From a virus (taxonomy: Duplodnaviria > Caudoviricetes), in the IMG/VR virus record IMGVR_UViG_2537561663_000008: a stretch of DNA of 64,000 nt; one strand, given 5' to 3'. The position numbers and the translations under genes are program-made. The first letter of the stretch is position 1, and the number at the start of each line of letters is the position of its first letter. Shown here one piece after another: positions 38,784 to 49,171 of this stretch. The notes beneath the pieces are model-generated. The model was not told where the DNA came from. It saw nothing but the letters and a program-made list of their open reading frames with translations, and did not search any database.

Positions 38784-40031
38784 ATGATTATTCAGTTCAC
38801 AGTCGAAAATTTCCTTTCGTTCAAGGAGCCGGCGACCTTGTCTTTGGCTGCTTCCGCGCTGAAAGAAAAACAGACCCGGTCCGATGAGATTGTTTTTGAG
38901 CTTGAAGGTACGAACCTCTCTTTGCTGAAGAGTGCGGTCATCTACGGGGCCAATGCCAGCGGGAAATCGAATCTGGTCAAAGCGCTCGATTTCTTCAAAT
39001 GGTTTGTCATCAATTCCTCCAAAGGCGTGCAGTCCGGCGAAAGCATACGGGTGGAAAGTTTCCGTCTCAACCGGAGGACGGAACAGGAGCCCAGTTATTT
39101 TGAGGCGGTCTTTGCCGACGAAACGGTCCAATACCGCTATGGGTTCGAAGTCGATGAAAAACGTGTACACCGGGAGTGGCTTTATCAAAAGGGCAACAAG
39201 CGCAAGGCAAAGGAGGTGGAACTGTTCCTGCGTGACGGCGATGAGTATGAACTGCATCCCAAATTTTCGGTCGGCAAAGAGGTTGTCGCCAAAAAAATGG
39301 TGCGCGACAATGCGCTGCTTCTTTCCGTGGCAGCACAGTTCAACGAAAGCGTCTCGGTGGAAATCATGGGATGGCTGGCCAACACCACGATTGTTCTTGG
39401 CAGCAGCGACGAGCGGATTTGGGAAATGGCGATAGCCCAGATCGATGATCCGTCCATGAAAAGGCGTATTGTGGAGTTTGCCCGGTTTGCAGACTTCGGA
39501 ATCGACGACATACGCAAGGTTGACAATACAGTCATCAGTTCACACCAGCAATATGACGAGGAGGGCAACGCCACGAAGACGGTCACTTTCCCGTTCCGCG
39601 TAAACGAGTCGGAGGGTACGATCAAATACTTCTCGCTGGCTTATCCTATAATTGACGCGTTGGATCATGGCAAAAGGCTGGTTGTCGACGAGTTCGACTC
39701 GAAAATGCACCCTCTGTTGACCAGTCGCATCATCGGGCTGTTCAATTCCAGAGTGACAAATCCCAGGAATGCACAGTTGATTTTCACGACACATGACACC
39801 AACCTGCTTAATGCAAGCCTGTTCCGCAGGGATCAGATCTGGTTTACACAGAAAGATTCGTTTGGAGCCTCAGAACTCTATTCGTTGGCGGAATACAAGG
39901 TTCGCAACAGTGCGCCTTTCGAAAAGGAGTACCTGATGGGGAAGTATGGTGGTATCCCTGTCATCGGCCAGTTTGAACGGTTATTTGACCTGAAGGAGGA
40001 AGAATATGGCAGCACGGACGAACAAGCGTGA
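38784..40031 (+). CDS. RloA/AbiLi-like AAA_21 ATPase
   Basis: VENFLSFK, GANASGKSN (Walker A), ESEGT signature, LVVDEFDSKMHP (Walker B), QLIFTTHD (H-loop). Confidence 0.9.
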   Translation: MIIQFTVENFLSFKEPATLSLAASALKEKQTRSDEIVFELEGTNLSLLKSAVIYGANASGKSNLVKALDFFKWFVINSSKGVQSGESIRVESFRLNRRTEQEPSYFEAVFADETVQYRYGFEVDEKRVHREWLYQKGNKRKAKEVELFLRDGDEYELHPKFSVGKEVVAKKMVRDNALLLSVAAQFNESVSVEIMGWLANTTIVLGSSDERIWEMAIAQIDDPSMKRRIVEFARFADFGIDDIRKVDNTVISSHQQYDEEGNATKTVTFPFRVNESEGTIKYFSLAYPIIDALDHGKRLVVDEFDSKMHPLLTSRIIGLFNSRVTNPRNAQLIFTTHDTNLLNASLFRRDQIWFTQKDSFGASELYSLAEYKVRNSAPFEKEYLMGKYGGIPVIGQFERLFDLKEEEYGSTDEQA

Positions 40032-40638
40032 TCCACGCGCCGCACGGACACTCAAACGTGTCAGTTTCGTCCGTGAGGTCAAACAGTCTTTCCTGATCAT
40101 CTGCGAGGGGGTAAATACGGAACCGGACTATTTCAATGCGTTTCGCCTGACCTCCGCCAATATTAAAGCGGTAGGCCAGGGACTCAATACGGTAGGTCTT
40201 GTCCAAAAGGCTCTACGGATGAGAGAAGAAGAGCGGAAGAAAGGACGCGAGTATGACCAGTGCTGGGTGGTATTTGACAAGGATGACTTTCCCGATCGGG
40301 ATTTCAACCGGGCTATCGGCATAGCGGAAGCCGGCGGCATGAGGGTGGCATACAGCAACCAGGCTTTCGAGTATTGGTTCTTGCTGCACTATAACCTGGT
40401 ACAAGGTCCGATGCACAGAAATCAATATGAAACAAAGCTATCCGGCTTGTTGGGCTTCTCCTACAACAAGGAAGCCGGTACAGGCGGTCGTGTCTTCAGG
40501 GAGCTGGGCGGTAAACAGGCTCAGGCCATTACGAACGCAAAAGCCGTATTGCGCCGAATGGAGGGAATACCGCCGGCACAGGCGGAATCTTCGACAACGG
40601 TGCATCTTCTTGTGGAAGAACTGAATAAGTATATTTAG
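40006..40638 (+). CDS. rloB: RloB/AbiLii-like protein
   Basis: LIICEG..TEPDYF, WVVFDKDD and YSNQAFEYWFLLH (TOPRIM-like RloB motifs). Confidence 0.85.
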   Translation: MAARTNKRDPRAARTLKRVSFVREVKQSFLIICEGVNTEPDYFNAFRLTSANIKAVGQGLNTVGLVQKALRMREEERKKGREYDQCWVVFDKDDFPDRDFNRAIGIAEAGGMRVAYSNQAFEYWFLLHYNLVQGPMHRNQYETKLSGLLGFSYNKEAGTGGRVFRELGGKQAQAITNAKAVLRRMEGIPPAQAESSTTVHLLVEELNKYI

Positions 40639-40721
40639 CATATTCTGTCGTTTGCCCGGATAATATTGTACCCGGCTACCACCTCCTTCCGGTTTTATCG
40701 GATTTTATGTCGCAAAAACAC

Positions 40722-40760
40722 AAAAACAGACGGCAAATCACACCGATGCCGTCTGTTTTT
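40722..40760. terminator. Bidirectional intrinsic terminator
   Basis: AAAAACAGACGGCA-loop-TGCCGTCTGTTTTT between convergent genes. Confidence 0.8.
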
Positions 40761-40789
40761 ATTCATTTACGTTCCGTGGACAGATACGC

Positions 40790-41302
40790 TCAAACTTTTC
40801 GGTGTCTCTCTTTCCATTGGCTGACCTCTTCGTCAGAGACGGATGCCACGGTCCTTTTTTCCACATCGAACATCCGATGACAGAATGCCCTGGTAGAAAA
40901 AGGATTTCCAAGTTCCGCCAATATCCCTACAAGCCGGTTGTAGGAATCCATGTGCCACAGGTAATCGTACATCCCGCTGACCGGCACCCGTTCAAGCAAT
41001 CCCATACGCGTTGTCTTTTCCACGCACTTGTCGAAAATCCGCGAACCCATCTCCATGTTCTCCATGTAGTACCGCTTGCTGCGCAAGGTGTCGTAACCTT
41101 TTTCACGCAGGCGTGTACGGTCTGCCATGTACAGCATGAAGATGACCTCTTCCGGGGTGAACGCGCCGACCAGCCCGGTGAAGCATTTCATAAACGGTAT
41201 CACATGTTGCCTTTTGTCGTCATTCCCTTTCATGTCCGTTTTCGCGTTCGTTCGTCCGTAATGTTTCCGCTTCCCCGTCATCCTTAATCGACGGATTGAC
41301 AT
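40790..41302 (-). CDS. Winged-helix-like DNA-binding protein
   Basis: SRIFDKCVEKTTRMGLLER resembles a wHTH; function uncertain. Confidence 0.5.
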   Translation of the reverse strand: MSIRRLRMTGKRKHYGRTNAKTDMKGNDDKRQHVIPFMKCFTGLVGAFTPEEVIFMLYMADRTRLREKGYDTLRSKRYYMENMEMGSRIFDKCVEKTTRMGLLERVPVSGMYDYLWHMDSYNRLVGILAELGNPFSTRAFCHRMFDVEKRTVASVSDEEVSQWKERHRKV

Positions 41303-41552
41303 AGAACTGGCATATCCTGCCGTTTATCATCGGTTTATACACGGCGTATCCCAGTTTTTTGGCGTAACGCCCCACGGATACGCGGTTGGCGAACTTGCCG
41401 GTATGTTCCGTCAGGTGTTCCGACATCTCCCCGACGGTCATTCTGCTTTTCAGTTTCATATCATTCGCGTTTAAATGTTTTCCTGGTAAAGGATAGCCAC
41501 GACTAATACGAACTGTTTGCAAATGGTATGAATTAATAAGAGGCGGTTCCAT
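41220..41552 (-). CDS. Small DNA-binding-like protein (start probably about 41461)
   Basis: VSVGRYAKKLGYAVYK. Confidence 0.55.
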   Translation of the reverse strand: MEPPLINSYHLQTVRISRGYPLPGKHLNANDMKLKSRMTVGEMSEHLTEHTGKFANRVSVGRYAKKLGYAVYKPMINGRICQFYVNPSIKDDGEAETLRTNERENGHERE

Positions 41553-41615
41553 GAAATCGGCAAAGGAGGAATCAACCGGTTATACTGATACTTCATTCAT
41601 GAAACCGTCCCTCAT

Positions 41616-42053
41616 CTATTTTCCCATTATCCGGACAATCTCCCGTATCGTGTCGAAGTTCCGCTCGTCCAGCCATTCTTTGGCCACGTTCCACGAGAGC
41701 GACATTCCGAACTTCAGGTTCTCCATGGTGATGGTATGGTGCGACAACCTGCCTTCAGTGGGCTTGAGCCCTGCCGCGTGCAGTTCACACAGTCCGTCCT
41801 GAAAGAACGTGCAGCCGCCTGCTTCCTGTTTCGCCTGTACCATCGGCACGATATACGGGATTTTTCCCAACAGCAGGCCTACCGCCCACCGAGTGGGTGC
41901 CAGACGCTCCCTGTATCCGGCTTTCAGCAACCGGAGGATGTCTTCCGGCGTACCGAGGCACGGTATCCGGCATTGCTGCCTGCACAGACGGCAACGGCAC
42001 TCTACCGGCCGTCTTCCTGTCTTGCGGATGATCCGCTGTAATGCCGTTTCCAT
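41616..42053 (-). CDS. Cys-cluster (YkgJ-like Zn/Fe-chelating) protein
   Basis: CRCRLCRQQC...CTFF..GLCELH..GLKP. Confidence 0.65.
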   Translation of the reverse strand: METALQRIIRKTGRRPVECRCRLCRQQCRIPCLGTPEDILRLLKAGYRERLAPTRWAVGLLLGKIPYIVPMVQAKQEAGGCTFFQDGLCELHAAGLKPTEGRLSHHTITMENLKFGMSLSWNVAKEWLDERNFDTIREIVRIMGK

Positions 42054-42055
42054 CG

Positions 42056-43189
42056 CTATGCACCCGGTGGGCAGTATTCAGGGTTCCTCTTGCGCCACAG
42101 TTCTATGATACACTCCCGTCCGGCCTGTGTCCATCGTTTGGTGGATCCGAAAGTATATACCTTGCCCCGGCTGTTCTCCCACGTGTAAGGCACATCGCAT
42201 TGCCAGGCCCGGCAGGAAGGAAAGACCACCCATTGCCGCTTCTCGTACTTGCAGATGCCCTCTTCGGCAAGGAACTGGTGCAACTGTCGCGGCGATATGC
42301 CGAGTTCGTCAGCGATGCGCGTGCTCTTGAACCAGTCCCTGTTCTCGATAAACTCCTCGTAGAATACGATTTTCGGCAGGGATTCACTCACCACCTTCCG
42401 CAGTTCCAGAATCAGTCTCGTCGCCGATTCCATATCCTGCGGCATGGGACAATCCATACAGGGCAGACCGGGTGCCGCCACCCTGGGGCGTTCGCGTACG
42501 ATTGTCTTCCCTCGTTTCACGGAGAGTTTGCCGATAGCCTCGCCCAACCATTCCGCCAAAGACAGGTCAGGGGCGATCCATCTGGCCAACGGTATGACAA
42601 GCGGTGATTCCAACCAGGTCGCACCGTGCCCCCGCCCCCGTGTGGTGAAGACTTGCGACTCGTATTTCCCGGTATGTCCGTTGCCGGCCATTTCCCTGCG
42701 GAGCATATCCGTGGAAGCGATGCGTAGCCATTCGGACGGGATTTTCCCGAAGTGCATCGTGATCTGCGTGGCGTTGACCATCAGCTTGTCGCCGACACGC
42801 CGGAACGTGACGGGGAACCCTTCCTCGAAGTGCATGACGATGTCGTCCTGCGGGACGGCGTGCAGCTCCCCGGCTTCCAGTTCCAGAAGCTTGTTGCCCC
42901 ACACTTCCAATTCATCAAGCAGGTCACGGGGTATAATAGTTTCCTTGCGTACCAGTTGTAAAAGCCGGCGCATATCGATGGGACGGAAGCCCCACTGTTC
43001 CCTGCCGTTTTTCCGGAAACTGATTTTCAATGCCGTCGGGCAAACACGGGCGATGGCACCGTTTTCAAGCAGTTCGTCCCGCTTGAGTATATCGCATATA
43101 TCCACGGCGCAGATATGGAGCTGGCCGTTATGGTTCCGGGAAACCCTTATGTTCCAGTCCCGGAACGGAACATTCCTATTTTCCCTCAT
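42056..43189 (-). CDS. Antirepressor-like protein (Bro-N-like + KilA-N + C-terminal DNA-binding domain)
   Basis: LMVNATQITMHFGKIPSEWLR...GRGHGATWLESPLVIPLARWIAP is KilA-N. Confidence 0.8.
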   Translation of the reverse strand: MRENRNVPFRDWNIRVSRNHNGQLHICAVDICDILKRDELLENGAIARVCPTALKISFRKNGREQWGFRPIDMRRLLQLVRKETIIPRDLLDELEVWGNKLLELEAGELHAVPQDDIVMHFEEGFPVTFRRVGDKLMVNATQITMHFGKIPSEWLRIASTDMLRREMAGNGHTGKYESQVFTTRGRGHGATWLESPLVIPLARWIAPDLSLAEWLGEAIGKLSVKRGKTIVRERPRVAAPGLPCMDCPMPQDMESATRLILELRKVVSESLPKIVFYEEFIENRDWFKSTRIADELGISPRQLHQFLAEEGICKYEKRQWVVFPSCRAWQCDVPYTWENSRGKVYTFGSTKRWTQAGRECIIELWRKRNPEYCPPGA

Positions 43190-43544
43190 AGGTATTTCCT
43201 CCTTTCTTTTGGTTATCAGACTTACGTTTGTTTTCAAGCAAGGCTCTCTTGTGGGCCATCTTGCGCACCGGATAGTACGTGCGTTTCTCGCCGCAAAGGG
43301 CGTCATAATCTTTCAGCATCAGTGTGCCGAGGTCGGCCAGCTCGATTTCCACATCCGGATGCAGATGCCTGAAATAGAGTCCGCCGCTGCATACATACTT
43401 GCCCGTGCAACAGAATGAGATAGCCTGCAAGTTGCCTTTTGTCAATTCCGCCGCGCTGTGCAGCGAGCGCGTGACCGCTACAAGAACCTGTGCCCCGTTG
43501 AAGATGAGCACCATCTTGGGTCGTTTAAATGTGCTGCGTCTCAT
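43176..43544 (-). CDS. NUMOD1-like DNA-binding protein
   Basis: SLHSAAE...NLQAISFCCTGK..CSGGLYF; paralog of 62394-62795. Confidence 0.6.
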   Translation of the reverse strand: MRRSTFKRPKMVLIFNGAQVLVAVTRSLHSAAELTKGNLQAISFCCTGKYVCSGGLYFRHLHPDVEIELADLGTLMLKDYDALCGEKRTYYPVRKMAHKRALLENKRKSDNQKKGGNTYEGK

Positions 43545-43977
43545 GTTGTTCTAAAATTTGCGTTAATTCCTCCTTTGTAAATCTAAGACCGGCAGCCTGT
43601 ACCAGCCAAGTGTCTGAAACCGTAAATCCACCGGACAGCAGTTCGTCCACGCGCTCCAGAAGGTAGACACCGAACGCGGGATCGATGTAAACGACAAATA
43701 ATAGAGCCAGACATTCATCAATTAACAGGTGTCCCGACGCCTCGTCACGGATGATCATCTTTTCCCTGTCTATTCCGTAGGCGTCTGCCAACGCCGTTGC
43801 CCAGTGATGGAAAGCGACACGGAAATCACGGACATTATGCCGGCGTGCATCTCCTTTGGCCTGGATGAAGCGTGTCGCGTCGAAATAGACCGGTCCGTCT
43901 TCCCGTAACGTTCCGAAAAGCAGATCGGGGAACTCCCTGTACCGGATTATCCGGCAGGGAATCTTTTCTTCTTTCAT
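43525..43977 (-). CDS. Hypothetical protein (KilA-N-like fold possible)
   Basis: VYFDATRF...LIDECLALLF; preceded by TATCTTTG element at 44022-44029. Confidence 0.6.
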   Translation of the reverse strand: MKEEKIPCRIIRYREFPDLLFGTLREDGPVYFDATRFIQAKGDARRHNVRDFRVAFHHWATALADAYGIDREKMIIRDEASGHLLIDECLALLFVVYIDPAFGVYLLERVDELLSGGFTVSDTWLVQAAGLRFTKEELTQILEQHETQHI

Positions 43978-44215
43978 GTTCTCTTTTTCATTTCATTTTT
44001 GGATTTGTATCTAACGTGGTGCAAAGATATATCTTTTTAAAATGAAATACACTATAAATATATACATAAATTACACTTTTAATAAATTGTTAATCACTGA
44101 TAATAAGATATTTACATCATAGACAAAACCGAAATATCTATATATTTAAGTTGCTTATTTCGGTTTGTAAATCAAACGTTAAGAGTCCCGTTCTCCATAT
44201 ATTCTTTTGGTCGTA

Positions 44216-44246
44216 AAAACCTCTTTTCAGGATTGTCTCTACTCTT
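44216..44246 (+). promoter_or_regulatory. Candidate late promoter AAAACCT-N16-CTACTCTT
   Basis: Same two boxes and spacing recur at 49172-49202. Confidence 0.55.
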
Positions 44247-44267
44247 TGAACAAGAAACAAGAAAATT

Positions 44268-45590
44268 ATGGCTACATCGGACAATTCATTTGGCGGGGAA
44301 CTCTTGGAGAGTATTTTCAAGACCTCCAAGAAGACAATTCAGGAGTATGTCCGCGAAATCGAGCGCAACAACCGTTACCGTTCATGCCGCCAGGATACCG
44401 GCTCGGGATACATCCTCGATGACCGTGCCGGGCTCATTGACCTGTATGAAGCCTGCCTGCAGCAGGACGCGCATATACGTTCGGTAGTCGAGACACTGGA
44501 AAGCCAGATTCTCGGTGACAGGTATATGCTGGCCCGTGTAAACGAGAAAGGGAAATATATCAAGGACGTGGCGAACTCCCTGAAGATACAAGGCTCACAG
44601 TTCGACAAGATAATCAAGGGTATCGTGGAATCCAAACTGTACGGATACACCCTGCTTGAAATCATGCCGCATACTGACCCCAGAACAGGCAGGCTGGCGG
44701 AAGTCAACATCATCGAACGGCGTAATGTGTTGCCGGACCAGAAAACGGTACTGAAGCGGCAGGGACTGTGGGAGCCGCATTGGGATTTGCATGACCCGGC
44801 ATATTACCGTTGTTATGTACTGGTAAACTCCGGTGACCTGGGACTTTTTTCCGCCACGACCCCTTTGATACTGGCCAAGAAATTCACGGTGGCCAACTAT
44901 GTGAATTTCTCCCACACCTATGGACAGCCGATTATTCACGGCAAGACGGTAAGCGAGAGCAACGCCGACCGCAAGAGGCTGGCTAACGAGATTGCCAATG
45001 CGGCACAGAACAAGGTGGTGGTTACCGGCATTGAGGACGAGGTAGATATCAAGACATTCACCATGTCCAACTCGGAAAAGATATATACCGGGCTTATCGA
45101 GTTTGTAAACAAGGAAGTTGCCAACCTCGTGCTCGGCTCAGAATCGATGGCCGGAGGGATGCAGTCGTACGTGGGTTCCACGAAAGCACACCAGGACATC
45201 TTCCGTGACCGTATCGAAGTCTACCGTCGGTATATCGAAAACGTCATGAACGAGGAGATAATACCCCGTCTGGTGGCTATCGGGTATATCCCCGGAGGAT
45301 TGGAGTTCCGGTATTCGAACCGGATAGAGATGAGCAACGAGGACCGCATCAAGCTCTATTCGCTTATCACGGACAAGTACGAGGTGGCGGCTGATGAGAT
45401 CGAGAAGGAGTTCGGTATCAATGTGGGCCGGCAGCTCAATGTCATCCCGGGATTAGGTTTCGGGGGTGAAGGCGGCTCATCCGGTATCAGCCACAACGAC
45501 CGGGGCATCATGTCGGACGAGGAGTATTTCCGGCGTTACGGACGCCCCCGGGGGACGAAAGTCGGAAATTTTCTGCGGGGAGCGGAATAG
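44268..45590 (+). CDS. Portal protein (Mu gp29/DUF935-like)
   Basis: 440 aa; DAHIRSVVETL, SKLYGY, YGQP, LVLG...GS...HQD features; first gene of head module. Confidence 0.8.
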   Translation: MATSDNSFGGELLESIFKTSKKTIQEYVREIERNNRYRSCRQDTGSGYILDDRAGLIDLYEACLQQDAHIRSVVETLESQILGDRYMLARVNEKGKYIKDVANSLKIQGSQFDKIIKGIVESKLYGYTLLEIMPHTDPRTGRLAEVNIIERRNVLPDQKTVLKRQGLWEPHWDLHDPAYYRCYVLVNSGDLGLFSATTPLILAKKFTVANYVNFSHTYGQPIIHGKTVSESNADRKRLANEIANAAQNKVVVTGIEDEVDIKTFTMSNSEKIYTGLIEFVNKEVANLVLGSESMAGGMQSYVGSTKAHQDIFRDRIEVYRRYIENVMNEEIIPRLVAIGYIPGGLEFRYSNRIEMSNEDRIKLYSLITDKYEVAADEIEKEFGINVGRQLNVIPGLGFGGEGGSSGISHNDRGIMSDEEYFRRYGRPRGTKVGNFLRGAE

Positions 45591-45703
45591 AAGCCTGTCT
45601 TCCACTCCCGGACAACGCTCCGTTCAGGGCTGTCAGGGCATCTGCAACCACAGAATCCGATACGGAAAAGGAGTATCGTGTCATTTTCGATGCATTCCGC
45701 AGG

Positions 45704-46450
45704 TTGATCCTCTATTGGGAAAACAGTGCGGAACGTCTCGACATTATAGAGGACATCATCACTCTGCGTGCCTCTTTCCTCATAGACCGTGCGCTGACAG
45801 GTCTGCGAATCGACATGGACCGGGCATTGGAGATACTGAGAAATCACAACTCCTTTACAACAGAGAGGGAACGGCAGCAGCGTGACATCCTGATTGCAGC
45901 CATAGACAACCTGGTGGATTTTGCTGCGGCAGAGGAATATGCCATGCTCGGGGAACTGCCCGAGACCGCGGATGAACAGGACATGGAGTCATACGAAAAG
46001 ATATGCCGCAGGTACAATCTCGTCCATGCGGAGGAAGAGAACAGCCAGGTATTCTTCGCGGCCTCGATGGCCGCATGGTGGATGGCGGTGGATATGGACA
46101 GCGTCCTGACCTACATGACACAAGGTGACGAACGGGTACGTGCCTGGCATCTTTCATTGGAAGGGATTTCCTTCCGCAAATCGGAGTTCCCTCCGGAGCT
46201 GATACCGCCGATCGAATGGGGATGCCGCTGCTTTCTGGTCGCGGAAGGGTTCGCCGCTGTCCGGGCGGCTTTGCCGGATAAGGGAGACTATCTGGAAAAG
46301 GTGGATCCGGTCTTCCGGGAGAGCCTGGCTACAGGCGGGCGTATCTTTTCCGATGCACACCGCTATTTCTCCGTCCCGCTTCCGGGTTACATGAATGATA
46401 TTGTGAAACGCATTAAAGGAAAGTTCGCCTATGCCCAAGATAACGCTTGA
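45704..46450 (+). CDS. Minor head protein (Mu gpF-like); start probably upstream
   Basis: YMTQGDERVRAWHLSLEG...PPIEWGCRC. Confidence 0.85.
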   Translation: MILYWENSAERLDIIEDIITLRASFLIDRALTGLRIDMDRALEILRNHNSFTTERERQQRDILIAAIDNLVDFAAAEEYAMLGELPETADEQDMESYEKICRRYNLVHAEEENSQVFFAASMAAWWMAVDMDSVLTYMTQGDERVRAWHLSLEGISFRKSEFPPELIPPIEWGCRCFLVAEGFAAVRAALPDKGDYLEKVDPVFRESLATGGRIFSDAHRYFSVPLPGYMNDIVKRIKGKFAYAQDNA

Positions 46451-47009
46451 TGAGTTCTGCAGCCACTGGGTAAGCAGGACCAGTACACGTGTCATGGCCA
46501 GCCGGCTGGAGTTCAACGTATTCGATTTCGCAACGGCTGCCGGTGACTATACCAGGCAGCAGTTCGTGTCCTCATTCGCTTCGGGGGGATTCAACGGCGG
46601 CAAATGGGCACCCCGTACCTCCAAATGGGGAAAGAGGTTCACCCATCCTCTCATGAACGATACGGGGACTCTGGCCCGGAGCATACAGTCGGAAGGCAGT
46701 CGGACAGATATAGTGGGACGGCGTTCGGACCGTACGCGCATCTTCCGGAAAGGCGCCAGGTATTGCATGTGGACTACGGAAAAGAGCTTTCCCGTCAAGG
46801 GCAAACGGGGACGCAGCAAGGAGCGTTACGGGCATTATGCCGCCATACACAATACCGATCCGAAGTTCGGGCTGTACACGGTAAACCAGCATTCCACGCG
46901 CCGTCCCGTACACCGGCAGTTCATCGGATTTTCACCGAAGACGGACGACTATATCACCGTCCATTTCATAGATATGATTTTTAAAGGATTTCCACACCAG
47001 CCGTTATGA
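46431..47009 (+). CDS. Virion morphogenesis protein (Mu gpG-like)
   Basis: KWAP...LMNDTGTLARSI...YAAIHN...RQFIG. Confidence 0.75.
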   Translation: MPKITLDEFCSHWVSRTSTRVMASRLEFNVFDFATAAGDYTRQQFVSSFASGGFNGGKWAPRTSKWGKRFTHPLMNDTGTLARSIQSEGSRTDIVGRRSDRTRIFRKGARYCMWTTEKSFPVKGKRGRSKERYGHYAAIHNTDPKFGLYTVNQHSTRRPVHRQFIGFSPKTDDYITVHFIDMIFKGFPHQPL

Positions 47010-47710
47010 TAAAAGACAAACACCCCGTACCACAGTCCGCACAACCGTCGACACCGGCGGAAAGCCTGCCTGAAGAAGTTTCCGCGAACCCTTTCGTGGA
47101 GATATACCGGGCCGTTAAGCGGGCTGTCCTGACCCTGCGGGAGAATCCGGACGACCCGTTGTCACCGCCCTTGTTCAAAACCGTCGCCATCGACAACGGC
47201 CAGTTCGCCCGCATCGTCCGTGGCGATAACACGGAGTATGAAATCGCGTTCCCTGCCGTGTTCATCCACTTTATCAACGTAAGGTACCTGGTACAGCAGC
47301 AGCGTATCGGAGAAGGACGCGCCACCATGCGTGTGCGGTTTGTCCTGAATACACTCAACAATGCGGACGAAGACAAGGAGTGCGAGGCGTTTCTGGTCTT
47401 CCAGCGGCTCAATGTAGCCATACAGGATGCCAAGAACCATGAACCGGCGCTGAGCGAGCGGTGCAACCTGACCTACTTCGACATGCCGCTCTCCACCAAT
47501 ATGTTGCAGGCGTACTGGATAGACTACGAAGTGTGGTTCAGGGAGTCCTCCGCATGGAAATACAGGGAGTGGGTAAAAAGATATGTGGTCATGCCGCCGT
47601 TCACCCAGCACAGCGATGCGCCGCAGCATGACAGCGGCGGGCACGGTTTCCATCCACGTCCGGATCATGACGAGGTATCCGGTTTTTCGGATACCGGATC
47701 GGAAAAATGA
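47006..47710 (+). CDS. Putative head-tail joining/tail completion protein
   Basis: Position, size and FPAVFIHF motif; inference. Confidence 0.45.
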   Translation: MIKDKHPVPQSAQPSTPAESLPEEVSANPFVEIYRAVKRAVLTLRENPDDPLSPPLFKTVAIDNGQFARIVRGDNTEYEIAFPAVFIHFINVRYLVQQQRIGEGRATMRVRFVLNTLNNADEDKECEAFLVFQRLNVAIQDAKNHEPALSERCNLTYFDMPLSTNMLQAYWIDYEVWFRESSAWKYREWVKRYVVMPPFTQHSDAPQHDSGGHGFHPRPDHDEVSGFSDTGSEK

Positions 47711-47785
47711 AATTCATATAGAGCATTTTCCCGCCCTTGACCTTGAGTCAAACAGTGCAATTAGTCTGCAATTCAAACAATTCGT

Positions 47786-49054
47786 TTATTGGAGAAGTAA
47801 CCACTCTGTAGCAGGAATGACATTTATGGTGTAGCCATCCTCTTCAATTGTTTCATGCTCTTCAAAGGTTATAAGTGTTAGATTATTACACTTTAATTTC
47901 TTGGCAGCGTTCTTCAATCCTCTTATCTCTCTATTGCGTGTCTTTTCAGTGGAAATATCATATGATACCTGTATCAACTCCCGTACATTGCCGTCTTTCG
48001 CTATGACAAAATCAACCTGCGAGGATTCCTCCTTGTAATAAAACACATCGCAGAACAGAGGCTTATAGCGACGCAACAATTCAATACATACAACATTCTC
48101 CAGTTTCCAGCCAAAATTCTCCAATGAGAAGTTTTCTTCACGTTCTGTAACGAATGCCGTATCCACAACATATACTTTCTCGTTTCTCACACGCTCTTTG
48201 CTCTTGTATGAGAACCGGTTGATACCTATCAATAAAAATGCCTCCTTGAGGTATGAATAATAGTTCTCCGCCGTATGGTTTGATACTCCGAACAGTTCAC
48301 CGACTGTCTTGGCAACAAACTCCTGACAGTAATTGTCGGCAAGATAGGCGGCGATTCTTCGCAGAGCCTCCACATTGCGGACCTTGAAGCGTTTTGCTAT
48401 ATCGTTTTTGATAATGGCATCCAATAATCCGTTTATATAGCCTCTTCTGTTGCTCTCGTTGAACAGTTCAGGGAATCCGCCTTGCTGAAGGTATTCGTGC
48501 AGGGCACTTTTACGAAAGCCTTTCGCTTTGGTTGACAGAGAGGTCATATCAATCCTCTTCATCTCGCTGTACTCCGAGAATGAGAACGGATAGAGTTCCA
48601 CCTTATTGTTTCTTCCGGTCAGGTGTGTGCTCAATTCCTTACTGAGCAATTTAGAGTTAGAACCCGTAATAAACAGGTGCATCTTCTGGCGAAGCAATCT
48701 GTTGACAAACAACGGCCAGCCTTCTATGTTCTGTATCTCATCAAGGAACAGATATTTGAAGTCACCGTATGTCATATATAATGCTTCGAGCAAACGGTCC
48801 AAGTCGTCTGCCTTCATATCCTTCATCCGGTCATCATCAAAATTCACATAAGCAAATTCGATCCCCTTTCGTTTGAGGAACATTTCGCATAGGGTGGATT
48901 TGCCACATCTTCTGACTCCTATTACCACCTGAGCCCGATTGCTCTTCGGATCAAGTTGTGATTCTTCAGGACGCGGGCACAGTTCCGAGTAATCATTCGC
49001 CAGCAACTCCTCACGCTGGTCTGCTACTATTGACAGTAGTGTATGTGTATTCAT
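47786..49054 (-). CDS. AAA_14 ATPase with DUF4143 domain (moron in head module)
   Basis: GVRRCGKST, LFLDEIQN, ITGSN, KVYVVDT, ENVVCIEL and QVDF...IQVS motifs. Confidence 0.9.
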   Translation of the reverse strand: MNTHTLLSIVADQREELLANDYSELCPRPEESQLDPKSNRAQVVIGVRRCGKSTLCEMFLKRKGIEFAYVNFDDDRMKDMKADDLDRLLEALYMTYGDFKYLFLDEIQNIEGWPLFVNRLLRQKMHLFITGSNSKLLSKELSTHLTGRNNKVELYPFSFSEYSEMKRIDMTSLSTKAKGFRKSALHEYLQQGGFPELFNESNRRGYINGLLDAIIKNDIAKRFKVRNVEALRRIAAYLADNYCQEFVAKTVGELFGVSNHTAENYYSYLKEAFLLIGINRFSYKSKERVRNEKVYVVDTAFVTEREENFSLENFGWKLENVVCIELLRRYKPLFCDVFYYKEESSQVDFVIAKDGNVRELIQVSYDISTEKTRNREIRGLKNAAKKLKCNNLTLITFEEHETIEEDGYTINVIPATEWLLLQ

Positions 49055-49089
49055 AATTCATTTTTATTATACTGCAAAAATAACTCTAT

Positions 49090-49164
49090 TTCCATAAATA
49101 CGAAATTTTTCCAAGGATTATTTCCATAAATATGGGTGTTGTCGCATTTTTACTTCCATAAATA
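49090..49164. repeat. Three 11-bp direct repeats TTCCATAAATA at a 32-bp period
   Basis: Copies at 49090, 49122 and 49154, next to the TATTTTTG promoter element (49075-49082, minus). Confidence 0.75.
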
Positions 49165-49171
49165 GTAGTGC

